DNA of 63,847 nucleotides, filler included, from Octopus bimaculoides (taxonomy: Eukaryota): the NCBI RefSeq assembly GCF_001194135.2. It is 5 parts of 4 records of this genome, joined end to end, with 100 filler letters (N's around TTAATTAATTAA, not from the genome) between each part and the next. Parts side by side here need not be neighbours in the genome. Positions count along the whole stretch, not along the records: positions 1 to 26,842 come from NC_068991.1; positions 26,943 to 40,462 come from NC_068996.1; 3 more parts are not named here. One strand, 5' to 3'. The first letter of the stretch is position 1, and the number at the start of each line of letters is the position of its first letter. A model generated the notes under the pieces. It saw only the letters and a list, made by a program, of their open reading frames with translations, did not search any database and had not been told where the DNA came from. A program made the translations under genes and the position numbers. Below are positions 22,367 through 35,200 of this stretch, one piece after another.

Positions 22367-23730
22367 TTGGATAGATAGAAAGAAATCATATATATATATA
22401 TATTCTTATATTCGTACACGCAAATATATATATTATACACAAACCTACACACACACCTACACACAAACGCACGCGCGCATGCGCACGCGCACGCACACGC
22501 ACACGTGGCATCGAATTTGTGGTTGCGTGCTGGGTAATACGTTGTTGCGTGAATTGAAGTCAGTCTTCACCTTGAAATGAAGAAAACAAATAAGAACTAC
22601 GATTGGCTTTGTTTGTTTGTTTTCTTCTTTTCTTATCTTTCTTCACTGCAACTTGTGTGTGATAAATATTTGCGAAAAGTGAAATTTTATTTGGGTAAAA
22701 ACAAAATTGTTTTATGCCATCCATGACATATCGGATGCATGAGCCGAAAAGAACAAAAAAAAAAGGAACAAAAAAAACATGTTAAATCTTTTACTAATGC
22801 AAAGCAACATGGCTGAGATTTTTCTGTAATGTTCCTACAAAATACCCAGCAGATGTTTTGGGGTGTTAATCCTAATCCTAATGTTTATTCACTTAATTTA
22901 ATATCGTGCTGCATAATCTCCTCCGATGAAACAAGCGAGACTTCACCAACCGGAAGCTAAGAGGAGTAAAACAACAACAAAAAACACAAATAATAAAACA
23001 TAAGGATAAAAAAAATGTATAATGTCTTCAATACACGCAATATTTGTTTGCTTTTTTTTTTTTGTTCCTTTTGACTAATCGAATGCAAGTAGTTTAACAT
23101 CAAAAGTTACTACAATTACTTTTGTCCCTTTATCGTTTACAAACGTTTTGACGTAATACAGTCTTATGGTTATATTTCGTTTTAATATCCGATTTTAACG
23201 GCGAAATTCCTGCGATGGAAACTTGTTCTTATTCAAATCAAACTTCAAAAGCTTACATAATCCGGTTGGTTTGAGTAATGTGCGATTTCTTCTGTAATAA
23301 AATGTCTCCAGCAATTAGATCTATTTCTTTTCTATGACTGCTCTTTATTTAAATTTATCCCGCTATCAACCATTACTTTTTGTTTAATTGCATTAAAGCT
23401 AATACTTTTATTTGTACTAAACATTTGCTTTTAAAAATAGGTTTTATACAGGATACCGATTAGAATTTCATGCGTAATTTACCCCCTGACAAAATCGCTG
23501 CGAAATCGTGACGTACGTTACAACAATTAACTCCAGTGAATGAATATATGGTGTTCTGAGGGATAGCTTTACGGCTGTAGCAACCTCCTGGTGAATAAAT
23601 ATTGAAACACGGGTTCGATTCTCAAATGAGCCGCTCCACTACATTTATTATTTGAATCCAACTGGGAAAGATAACGACAAGCATGATTTTTTTCCCGATA
23701 CGTTTTTATAGAATATGCTACAAACGGTTA

Positions 23731-23774
<44 letters not shown>

Positions 23775-23777
<3 letters not shown>

Positions 23778-24230
23778 CCAGTTCGAGATAAACTCGCGAG
23801 GCACGGCATCACAGTTTCGCCTACGTGCCCACGTTGCGGGCAGAGCAACCAAACTGTTCTGCACGCAATCGTATAGTGTCCTAGTCTCTCGGACCTGTGG
23901 GTTTCTACCGAACGGATACTGTCACAGCTGTGGAGAGTACAGCTGTCAGCCGAATCGATTATTAAGATCGTTCCACCGTCTCCTCAAAAAGGAGAAGAGA
24001 AATTCTGCTTTCTAGCCATAATAGCTAAAGCGATAGAGGTGATATAGAATAGGTATTGCATCAGGTACCTTCGTCTTCAGGCATGCTTTAGTGAACCTCT
24101 TTTTATATCACCTAAGAAGGAAAACATGTCTGACGACAAAAAAGTATGGATGAAGATGGAAGTAGTCCGAATGTTGGGTAAGTGCCAAATTAAGGGAGTA
24201 AAAAAAAGGGACAAAATAAAGTATATTGTT
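23775..24230 (+). mobile_element. Tx1-like LINE 3' fragment (zinc-binding region)
   Basis: VPVRDKLARHGITVSPTCPRCGQSNQTVLHAIV*C, starting directly after an (AGT)n array (23731-23775). Confidence 0.8.
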
Positions 24231-24329
24231 AGCTCGATGTAGTAATAGAACTTATAAGTTATTTTGCCCGGACTGATAATCCCTCACTAATATTTCTGTT
24301 GTGAGTGTGTGTGTGTGTGTATACACAAG

Positions 24330-24450
24330 TTTCTAGGTAGTTTCCGACTACAAAATTCACCCAGCAGGCAGCGGTCACCTCGAGGCAAGAGGAGAAGAAA
24401 CTCGCCCAAGGTATCACACTTTGGGACTGAACCGGAAACCACATGTTTGC
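24330..24450 (-). mobile_element. CORE-like SINE family B, 5' fragment (old)
   Basis: TCGCCCAAGGTATCACACTTTGGGACTGAACCGGAAACCACATG is the reverse complement of the head/CORE region. Confidence 0.7.
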
Positions 24451-25589
24451 AAAACACTATTCATAAACCACACAATCATTACGACGACACAGCTCTATCT
24501 CAATCATCATTCACAGATATTTCTGACAACCGGATATAAAATAATCGTCCCAGGAATGTACTTCATAGCTCCTGTATCGGATTAGATCTCAAAGACTAGG
24601 AATTATGAGTACGCTGTCTTATAAAATCGTTGCTTTTTTTTTTCTTACACAATGTGAACTGAAAGAGTTATAATTGAATACTAAAGCAAGATTTCAGCCT
24701 AGAAGCCAGAGTAACTTGGAAGTCTTGTAACAGGTTTGATCTCATAGTCTAAGAATTATTAATATAACGTCTTATTTGCAATCATTCATTTTTTCCTCTA
24801 TGAAGAGTGAAGCGATCAAACTATAATTACACATCGAAATAAGATTAGAGTCATTACAGCCGAGAAGCCACAAAAACGTGCGTGTCTACATATTAATCAA
24901 CCCCGATATGGTACTGTTATTTTAGAGTTAAATCCCAATGACTCACGTTCTTGTAAGAGAAGTGAAATATGTGCGCTTGTAATGTCCTTGAGAACACAAT
25001 CTATTAACAATGGAATTTTGTCTTAAGGAACTTAATTTTACACTTGAAAGACTTTTAATTCATAGCTTTTACAAGATAACACTAACATGCCTCAACGCTT
25101 TTGTTGTTGTCGTTGTTGTTCCTGTTATTTTAGAGATGGAGAATGGATGCTTTATTAGATTGATAGGGAAGTGGTGGTGGTGGTGGTGGTGGTGTTGGTG
25201 GTGGTTGTGGTGGGGATGGTTGGCGGAATGAAGTCAGTGTAAGAGAAATTACATCGTGATATTCGATGGCGTCTTTTTACGTTCCAAGTTCAAATCCTGC
25301 AGCAATCCACTTTGGCCTTTTATTCTTTAATTTTAAGGATGTGTTACTCGAATAGGACTCAACTGCAGCTAAACGATAACAATAAGCGACAACAGCTAAC
25401 AAACGAACAGATACATACATATGTGTGTGTNNNNNNNNNNNNNNNNNNNNNNNNNNNNNNNNNNNNNNNNNNNNNNNNNNNNNNNNNNNNNNNNNNNNNN
25501 NNNNNNNNNNTATATGCCCTAGCATGGCCACGACCTTAGGGCTGAAAGTTGGGGCATCGCCATGAAAAATTTTCAGTCAAATACATCAA

Positions 25590-25730
25590 CACCAGTACTT
25601 ACTTTTTTTTTTTGAAGACTTGTACGAAATATTCTATCGAGGAACTTTTGCCGAAGCGCTAAGTTATCGGAACATAAATATACCAACACTGGTTGTTAAG
25701 TGGTGGCAGGGGACAAACACAAAAACACAT
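25590..25730 (-). mobile_element. CORE-like SINE family B, 3' half fragment
   Basis: TATTCTATCG..CTTTTGCCGAAGCGCTAAGTTATCGGAACATAAATATACCAACAC..GGGGACAAACAC, followed by (CA)n. Confidence 0.75.
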
Positions 25731-25852
25731 ACTCACACACACACACACACACATGTATATCCCGTTGATGCTGTTTGTCAACTGAAAAATTGAAAACCAC
25801 CCGAGGCCTGATGTAACTCTCTCTCACTCTACCTGTTACATTCTGTATGGGG

Positions 25853-25883
<31 letters not shown>

Positions 25884-26234
25884 NNNNNNNNNNNNNNNNN
25901 NNNNNNNNNNNNNNNNNNNNNNNNNNNNNNNNNNNNNNNNNNNNNNNNNNNNNNNNNNNNNNNNNNNNNNNNNNNNNNNNNNNNNNNNNNNNNNNNNNNN
26001 NNNNNNNNNNNNNNNNNNNNNNNNNNNNNNNNNNNNNNNNNNNNNNNNNNNNNNNNNNNNNNNNNNNNNNNNNNNNNNNNNNNNNNNNNNNNNNNNNNNN
26101 NNNNNNNNNNNNNNNNNNNNNNNNNNNNNNNNNNNNNNNNNNNNNNNNNNNNNNNNNNNNNNNNNNNNNNNNNNNNNNNNNNNNNNNNNNNNNNNNNNNN
26201 NNNNNNNNNNNNNNNNNNNNNNNNNNNNNNNNNN

Positions 26235-26290
<56 letters not shown>

Positions 26291-26779
26291 ACACATATAA
26301 AATATATACGTCTTTATATGCATAGTAGAACTACTTTTAATCCTATACATTCTATTGCAGCTGTCATTGTAGATACATGGTATTTGCCCAGGTAAGCTTG
26401 TCCGATTGTATGACTGCTGTTGCGGAACATTCTTGAAAATATTACAGACAATTCCAATTCTTCTCCGTTCTTGAAATCGAATTATATTCGCTTAATGCAA
26501 TGAATCTTCAATCACTGAAAACCAACCGATGCAGTGGCAATGCGAAGATCTCACCATTTCTCCATCTGTCCCCTCCCTTTAGCTATCTACCTATCTCTCT
26601 ACCTATCTCTCTATCTATCTATCTATCTATCTTTCTATCTATCTCTCAATCTATCTATTTCTCTGCCTATTTATCTATCTATTCATCTATCTTTGTTTAA
26701 CTACACATGTTTGTGTAACTGTGATCATATTTTTCCCTTTCACTAGCTTCCATATTTCATTTTCTCTCTCCTGTTCTCA

Positions 26780-26842
<63 letters not shown>

Positions 26843-26886
26843 NNNNNNNNNNNNNNNNNNNNNNNNNNNNNNNNNNNNNNNNNNNN

Positions 26887-26898
26887 TTAATTAATTAA
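26887..26898. other. Artificial scaffold-gap linker N44-TTAATTAATTAA-N44 (similar at 40507, 49480, 59980)
   Basis: Identical palindromic all-frame stop string embedded in N runs at four places; the first gap totals 100 bp. Confidence 0.95.
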
Positions 26899-26942
26899 NN
26901 NNNNNNNNNNNNNNNNNNNNNNNNNNNNNNNNNNNNNNNNNN

Positions 26943-26986
<44 letters not shown>

Positions 26987-27609
26987 ACTGAGCGAATGAG
27001 CCTTAATAACTAATCAAGTGATACATTGTAAACTGTACGTTCGTGAGTTCGTCTCAGTGAAATTTCTAAATGTTATATTACAAGCAATTCGCTTTTAGTC
27101 CTCTAGTTTGCATCACATACATTAATAAAAAAATTACGTGGAAGGTGAATACATACCAAATAATATATAACAGAGATATATAATGATCATAAGAAAGAAT
27201 GAATAGAATAAGAAATTAAGAATTATTCGACTTTGTATGTTTATGTGTTCACGAAATTACGTGTTTTTATATATAAAACCGCAAAAACTATATATATAAT
27301 CGTAAGAATGAATCTGTTAAATTGTAAATTGTACGTTCAAGTATTCGTATCCGGTTATAGACGTGTCAGCGAAATTTCAAAATGCTAAATACTACAGATG
27401 ATTTGCTTTCACAACAAATGTGCTCTCATTTAGATTAGATACATTATAGATGTTGTGTGTGTGTGTATACGTAGACGGGAAATTAAATATGAGATTATAG
27501 AGATAATAAAATGTAAGAAGAAATAATGAATAGAAATAGAATTAAAAGATTATGACTTGTGATGTACTCCCACTTGAATGGCGGAGAAAGAAAGATAGAT
27601 ACATACGTA

Positions 27610-28415
27610 CAGGGTGCTTGGACCAAATTTGACGGTTTTTATGTCTACTTTTTTCCTAGTACAGTTTGATGCATTGTTGAATATTCAACGGCGTTGGAGT
27701 GCATAAAGGATTGGAAACTATTTGAATGTTGGAAAAGAGATACTTATATCATAATGAACCCGTCTATCCAAAATTGTGACATCATGACTGCTGAACTGTG
27801 AACACTGTAAAGGCTGTAAGACGTGACATGGAAAGCTGCAACGGAGACTACGATGCTGTGGACAATAGGAAGGGGACACAGCTGACGTTCTGATTGCGTC
27901 CGCACGCCGGAATTCATCCAACAACTTCAGGAAAGGGTCATGGAAGATCTGAGTAAGGGAATCGGTTTTGACGAGATATGGTTATTGGACCTGGAAGGTC
28001 GTGTGCTGCTGGAAAGTCGTGTGGCAACAGGATCCGGCTCTTTGCCATACATTCGGAAAGAGTGAAAAGTGCTTGTCGGAGAATTTCTATGACTTCACCA
28101 GTTTCAATTTCTGGCTTCCTAATTCCTCGTGGTTAAGGAAGTCGCCAACCGCTCTCATGCAACACCAACGCCGTGCTGAAAGCGAAAACCAAGGAGATGT
28201 TAAAAAATCTTCCCAAGAACATAGTAAAGAATGCAAGTGCCAGGTTTCGGAGCTGTCTTGAAGCTGTGTTGGAAGCTAGAGCTGCTACTTTGAGCAAACT
28301 GTTATCTCCCAGCCATAATCTAGTTGATATTTTTTGATTTTTTTAAATACTTTTATTTCTGGATAGAATACTGTGTTTTCTTTTCCTTATATGCAAGCTG
28401 TCAAAGTTAGCCCTG
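27610..28415 (+). mobile_element. Internally deleted Tc1/mariner (maT/DD37D-like) element
   Basis: TA-CAGGG...CCCTG-TA ends with partial TIR match (AATTTGACGG / CTGTCAAAGTT). VWQQDPALCHTFGKSEKCLSENFYDFTSFNFWLPNS; LKAKTKEML..ARFRSCLEAVLEA. Confidence 0.8.
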
Positions 28416-30439
28416 TACATATACAACAGGTACACAGAGGGGCAAACAGTCATATACAAAACGTCATTGATAGATTTGTAAAATTGAAATTCTTCAATTA
28501 GGTCTTAATAAACTAAGAATTTTTGGCACTATTTAAATACAGAGGTCCCGATACATCTACGCAACGATATGAAGGGGAGAGTTAGTTTTAGGATTAGTCT
28601 TTAGTTTTAGGGTTAGGGTTAAAGCTACGGTTAGGATTAGGGTGTCATTACACGTCCACACAGCGTACATTTAAAACGTTTTGTACGTAACACTTGTATT
28701 TAAGTAGTACCTCTGTAGTACCGAATTTTTAAAGTTCAAATCATAGATTGGAAATTTCACCTTCATGAGTTCGTCTCCAACGTACTTGAGAAATTTTGGA
28801 ATATTCAACCCTTACCAAATCATTTTCATAACTTTGTCCTAAATGTTCATACTTGTCTTCAGACTTTTAGTTACTTCTTGTTTCATACGTTTTGAGTGAG
28901 ATAAAGCTTTCTTTTCATAAGTCCCAAGTTACTCCGGTGGTTGAAAGACTTTGGGAATCTATATTATATATGATACATGGACATTAGGGAAATATGTTTT
29001 ATGCATACTTGATACACAGGTCGAGTAAGGGTTAATATCACAGATAATATGCGTTTGCCTCAGTGCCTCTCAAGAAATTTTTACTGCTCAGTCTGTTTCT
29101 GTGTAATTGTACCCATGTTTGATACTCTGATATAAAATGATTATCTTATGTGCTTTAGTGTAACAGTGTGGATATGCTGTATTCTCTTTTTGGTAAAACT
29201 TTCCATGTCCTGTATCACGTGTGACACACAAGACATATTTCTCCTGCTTCCATGCATTATACATTATAAACATTTCCATTTTTCTTCAACCACCAGCTTC
29301 ATGAAAGGAATGCTTTGTATCACTCATAACGTACATTTATATATCTGCCTCTCTTGTGTATCACATGTAATACACAAGATATATTTCTCTAGTACCCATA
29401 CATTATATATGATACACATTTCTAATTGCTTTTCAACCACCAGAGCAACTTGTTATGTAAGTAAGGAAAGCTTTATATTACTCAGAACATAGAAAACGAG
29501 GGGAAGCTAAAAGTCTGTAAACAAGCATGTAGAACAAAGTTGTGAAACGGCTTTCGGCTGGTGAAGTGTTAACACTAAATATTCATATAATTTGAACACA
29601 AAAAGAAGCAAAACGAAAACAGAAATTACTCATTATTCTTTGTCTTAAAACTTCCGCCCAAATGGTTTGAGTAATTTGTCTCTTCCTGTGTATTACAATG
29701 GCCGGATGGTAAATCCATTTCTTAAAATGATAAAGAACATATTTGAAACCATAGGAAAACGTTTTGCAGCACACCGGTGTCACCTGTGTAGCGAAAAGAC
29801 AAACATCTTGAGACGTCGACGTCACAGGACGTCGCGACGTATCCGGTGCTATATGAGAAAAATGTTCTCTATGAACCACTACAAAGAAATAGCAATGAAC
29901 ATAAACTCTGTTTATTGTATGATTAGCTAAATTTAGGGTAACCATTTGTATACTGAATGTGCTGCACTATTCCGTCTATTGATGCAGGAATCGATGTCTC
30001 ATCAAGCGGTGAAGCAGCCCTTTTACCACATCTCCAGAGCTGCTCAGGACCACCCACTGATGTAGGCGACAAACATTCCATACGAGCTTTGTTGGGTCAT
30101 ATATTGCGACTCTAGACTCGCAGAAAACATAGAATCGATTTCTTTCTGGCGGATTCGAAAATGGCAAATCAAGAGACAACCAGAAATATTTGCAACGCAT
30201 AGATCTGCGATTTGGTTTACCAGATGTGTGACTCTTGGAGTATCGGCAGATTGAAATTAAGCCTTTCAGTAAATAAATTAATATCCCAATGCTGCTGACC
30301 AATGCATAGAAAATATATAAATATATGATAAATATGATGGCGGCGGAAGTGGGGGTGGAGGGGAGGTTATGGCGAAAAGTTCCTAGATTTGAGAGTATCG
30401 CGAAAGGCTTGGCTGGAGGCTCAACCTTCCGAGTTCTAT

Positions 30440-30801
30440 TACAGAATCGTCTTCAAGTCGAGAAACCCATCTCGCTCAAAAGTTCCCTGAAAAAGGGTTG
30501 TTTAAGGATGACGAACGAAATACGTATGCTTCCTGTGGTGAATTATTCAAACCCTCAAGAATACCCCTCAACACATTATGCTCCCCCACTACTTCTGCTC
30601 GTGATCAGAGATGTACAGATCATCTGCCACCAAAGGACATACTCAATTGGTTAAGGTCAAACAATTGACAAGCAAATCTGTGGTATTGAGCAGAATATTT
30701 GCTGTAACACATCTTTTACACTAAGACAAAACATTTACATGTTAACACTTCCAATCAGGTAAGAGAAGCCATGAGCGCCACTACTTGGTATTCTATCAGG
30801 G
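30440..30801 (-). repeat. Interspersed repeat abutting a (CAA)n array
   Basis: I recall this as a common cephalopod repeat (unverified). Sharp boundary with (TTG)n at 30801-30878. Confidence 0.45.
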
Positions 30802-30879
<78 letters not shown>

Positions 30880-30904
30880 GTGGAGTCGCATAGAATGTTT
30901 GAAC

Positions 30905-31110
30905 TGATGATCGTAAGATTGTAGTTTCGATTCATGGACCGGGCTATGCCTTGCGTTCTTGAGCAAAACATCATTTCGCGTTGCTACAGTCCACTCAGCT
31001 GGCAAAAATGCATAATCTTGCGACGGACCGGTGTCCCATCCAGATGGGGAACATATATGCCACGGAAACCAGAAAACCGTCCTTACGACTCTGGAAGAAT
31101 ATTTAACCGT
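30905..31110 (+). mobile_element. tRNA-derived SINE family D (5'-truncated), interrupted by/adjacent to (TTG)n
   Basis: GTTTCGATTCATGGACCGGG..TTGAGCAAAACA..GTCCACTCAGCTGGCAAAAATG..GCGACGGACCGGTGTCCCATCCAG. The related head is at 55850-55950 (-). Confidence 0.7.
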
Positions 31111-31149
31111 TTTACTTTATTATTGTTCAGTTCTTTCATCAATGACTGT

Positions 31150-31925
31150 AACTGACTTCCTAAATCCAATTTCTCCAAAGAAAGTGATCACTGGCTAGCC
31201 GGTACCGATTGTCGATGGGAATAGATAAATATTTTCCATTCTGCTTGGTAGTGTCCACGAATCTCAATTTGAGTTTATCAATGTTTTGATAGCTATCTGC
31301 TGATTGCGAGCACTGGACTTTTTAGGGAGATTATCATCGCCAAGTGTAGCAATGATGCCTGTCCAACGGACATTTCTCTTCATCAATAGCTGAAACATGG
31401 ATTGTAAGCCAGCTTTCCTGAAGACTTCAAAGTTTCAGATGTATTACCACCGTTTGATGTTCATGATAGATCTCATATGTAGCATGACAAAGGCACGATC
31501 CTTTTGCCGTGTGTTTTGCGAATTGTCCATATTTTTATATTAGAGTTTAGATGACAATAGCTCCGTATACTTTACATTTTACTTTGTGATTGTAGAGTTT
31601 TTCCATAATGGCTCATGAAGACGTCCAAGCGCAGATGAAGCTGTAGCCATACGATTTTGGAACACATTGTAGAGTTTATTGTCACTCGATAGAATGCTAT
31701 CAAGATGAGTAAACTCAGTGATGCTGTCTCGTATGTTTCCATCTATTACATATTGTCAGCTACCATGTTTGATTGAGATGATGGTGGAAAAAGTACCTCA
31801 CTCTTCTCCAAATTGATTTGCAGGCCAAAGTCATGCGTGGACTCAGCAAATGCGGAAGTAATGTCTTGAATGTCCGCATTTGAGTGTGCTACGAGATAAT
31901 GTCATCTGCAAAGCAAAGTTTTATT
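31150..31925 (-). mobile_element. RTE-clade LINE RT/thumb fragment
   Basis: LCFADD..VAHSNADIQDITSAFAESTHDFGLQINLEKSEVL..FTHLDSILSSD..RMATASSALGRLHEPLW, with frameshifts. Confidence 0.85.
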
Positions 31926-32279
31926 TTGGGCCCTACTCTCTTTAGTATGTATATATACATATATACACACACATATAAATATATATATATATATATANNN
32001 NNNNNNNNNNNNNNNNNNNNNNNNNNNNNNNNNNNNNNNNNNNNNNNNNNNNNNNNNNNNNNNNNNNNNNNNNNNNNNNNNNNNNNNNNNNNNNNNNNNN
32101 NNNNNNNNNNNNNNNNNNNNNNNNNNNNNNNNNNNNNNNNNNNNNNNNNNNNNNNNNNNNNNNNNNNNNNNNNNNNNNNNNNNNNNNNNNNNNNNNNNNN
32201 NNNNNNNNNNNNNNNNNNNNNNNNNNNNNNNNNNNNNNNNTATATATATATATATATATATATATGTTATTTTGAACGC

Positions 32280-35200
32280 CATCAAATTGCGCTCACTCTT
32301 CCTCAAATTTTACTTTAATCTTCTTCAACTTACCCTTTAATCCTACTCAAAAATATTTCAAGCCTCACTCAATCACCACCTAATCGCTCTCAGACCTCGC
32401 CCAAATCACACACACACTCCAAAACAAATTCACTCAAATCTTCATAAAACACGCTCAAATCGAAGAAATCTCGCTCAAATCTCCTTTAACTTTAATTATC
32501 CCTTCAAACTCAGATCACCATCAAATCTCGTTCATAACTAATTCGTGTCATCCAAATATTTTTGCTGAAAACTCCCTAAATTTCAGCCTTTACTATTTCT
32601 TCTCGTGGGAGAGCAACAAATAGTTAGGGATGGGATATACGTGAATATAGTGAGTCTTGAAAAAGGGTGGAGGTGTAGATGATGAGAAATGACAATATGG
32701 AGACATGTAAGGTGGGAGAGACAGAAGTGGGAGAGACAGAAGTGGGAGAGACAGAAGTGGGAGAGACAGAAGTGGGTGAGACAGTTCGTATCTCATTTAA
32801 ATCTCATCCTAGTTTAAATATTTTTCAGCTTTCACTCAAATCCCACTATTTGTGGTCAGGGTCCAAATTCCTCGAGGGAGATAATGTTATAAATAATCGG
32901 GTTTATAATATTGGGCTAAAGAAATCCTTCGTTAACAAAGTCGAAGTCAGCCTCCAGCACTGAACCGGGATTTGACCGAAATATTAGCGAGAGTTTAGCG
33001 AGTTTTCAGTTAGGGTATTTGCATAATTTGAATTGGGTATGAACGAAATTTAACGGAGATTTGAGCAAGATCTACAGGAGAGATGAACGAAATTAAAGCA
33101 AACTCTGAGGGAAATTGAGCACAATTTTAAAAAGATTTGAGGGCAAAATGAAGATTTCAGTGAGGTCTGAAGGACATCTGTGGGGAAAATTAGGCAAAAT
33201 AAAGGGAGAATTGATATTTGAGCAAGGTTTGAGTAAGAACTGAGTGTGAGTTGATGGAGATAAGAGCGATATTTGCGAGTGATTTGAGTGAAAATTAAGG
33301 GAGATTTGAGGGGAAGTTGATGAGATTTCGGTGAAATTTCAGCGAGATTTGAAATGTGAACAAGATTGGAATGTGATTTGAAGATGTAAGTAACAACTGA
33401 GAAAGATCTGCGAGTGATTTGAAGTGGGTTAAGGAAACTTTTAGCAACTATTGAGGAAAGTTCATGGGAAACTTGAGGGAAACTTGAGCAAGATTTGAAC
33501 GAGATTTGACTGAAATGAATGAGTTTTGACCGAGTTTCTAGATTTGACAGAGATGTGATGGGATTCTGAGTGAGATTTGAGCCTGAGTTGTAGAAGATTT
33601 AAACGAGATTTGAGGGAAATTTACGCAACATTTGAGAGAAATTTTAGGGAGATTTGAGCTTGTTTGAAAGAAATATGAGTGACTTGAGTGATATGATTGA
33701 GGTGTGAGAGAGATTGGAGGGAGAGGTGAAGGTAATTAGAGAAAGATTTCAACCAGGTTTGACGGATATTTGTGAGAGAGTTGATCGAAACCAGAACATT
33801 TGAAATTTGATTGGCGCGGGAGATATTAGAGCGAGATTTCAAGAAATTTGAGAGAGATTTGACCGAAAACTGGAAAAAAGTTTCGAGAAAAGTTTCCCCA
33901 AGATTTGAGCGAGAGATGACTGAAATTTTAACGAGATTTGAGCGAGAGATGACTGAAATTTTAACGAGATTTGAGCGACAAAAGAGAAAGATTTGAGCAA
34001 AATTTGACGGTAATTTGAAAATGGCGACCGTATATTAAGAGATATTTGAAAGAGATTTGCGGCCAAATTTGATACACATTTCAGCAAGATTTGAAAAAGA
34101 CTTCGCCGAAGTTTGAGTGAGATTTGAGCAAGATTTCAGGGCGATTAAAGAAAGTTTTGAACGAGATTTGAGGTGGATTTTGAAGACAAGCGAAGTTTCT
34201 TGGAAAATTATTGGAAATTTGAAAATTTAAAGAGAGCTAAGGCAAATTCGATCAAACCTCCTTCATTTTTTCCTCCAGTCTGTCTTGATGTAAGATACTG
34301 GAGGAAAAGATGATGAAGGTTTGATCGATATTTGTATGAGTTTTGAGGGAGATAGTGCGAAATCTGTGGAAATTTTGGGAGAGAGATGAGGCTAACATAG
34401 GCGAGATTTGTACAAAATTTGAGAGAGATTTTACTGAGAGTTGAGGGAGATTGAAGCAAAATTTGAAAGGAATTTGAGGGAGATTTGTGCGAGGTTTCAA
34501 GAAGGTATACGCAAGATTTGAGCGAAGTTCAAGGAATATAGGAAATTTGAGTGAGATTCGTGTAAGACATGAAAGAGATTTCAAAGGGGATGGGAAAGCT
34601 TCTAGCGAGATTTGAAGGANNNNNNNNNNNNNNNNNNNNNNNNNNNNNNNNNNNNNNNNNNNNNNNNNNNNNNNNNNNNNNNNNNNNNNNNNNNNNNNNN
34701 NNNNNNNNNNNNNNNNNNNNNNNNNNNNNNNNNNNNNNNNNNNNNNNNNNNNNNNNNNNNNNNNNNNNNNNNNNNNNNNNNNNNNNNNNNNNNNNNNNNN
34801 NNNNNNNNNNNNNNNNNNNNNNNNNNNNNNNNNNNNNNNNNNNNNNNGAAGAAAGCGTTTGGAAAATTAGGGAAAATTTATGAGTGAATTGAGCAAGGGA
34901 TGCGAGATTTTTGAGCAGCATTTGAGCAACATTTTAGGGATTTGGGGCGAGGTGAAATTTTATTGAGATTGGATGGCGAGTTGGGAAGTATTAAGTTATA
35001 TGAGAGAGGTTTGAGCAAGATTTGATAGAGATATACGAAAATTTTAAGAAAATGTAACAAATGAAGTTGTGAGCGAGGTTTAAAAGGGAGCCGAAAAGTA
35101 TTTGAGTGAGTTTTGATGCAGATCTGAGCTAGATTTGATGGAGACTTAAGGTATTTAAGTAAAATTTTAAGAAGATTCAAATAAGAATCAAACGATATAT

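Noticed and set aside
26887-26898. TTAATTAATTAA palindrome repeated four times in the window
   Set aside because: Always embedded in N runs; an assembly linker, not biology.
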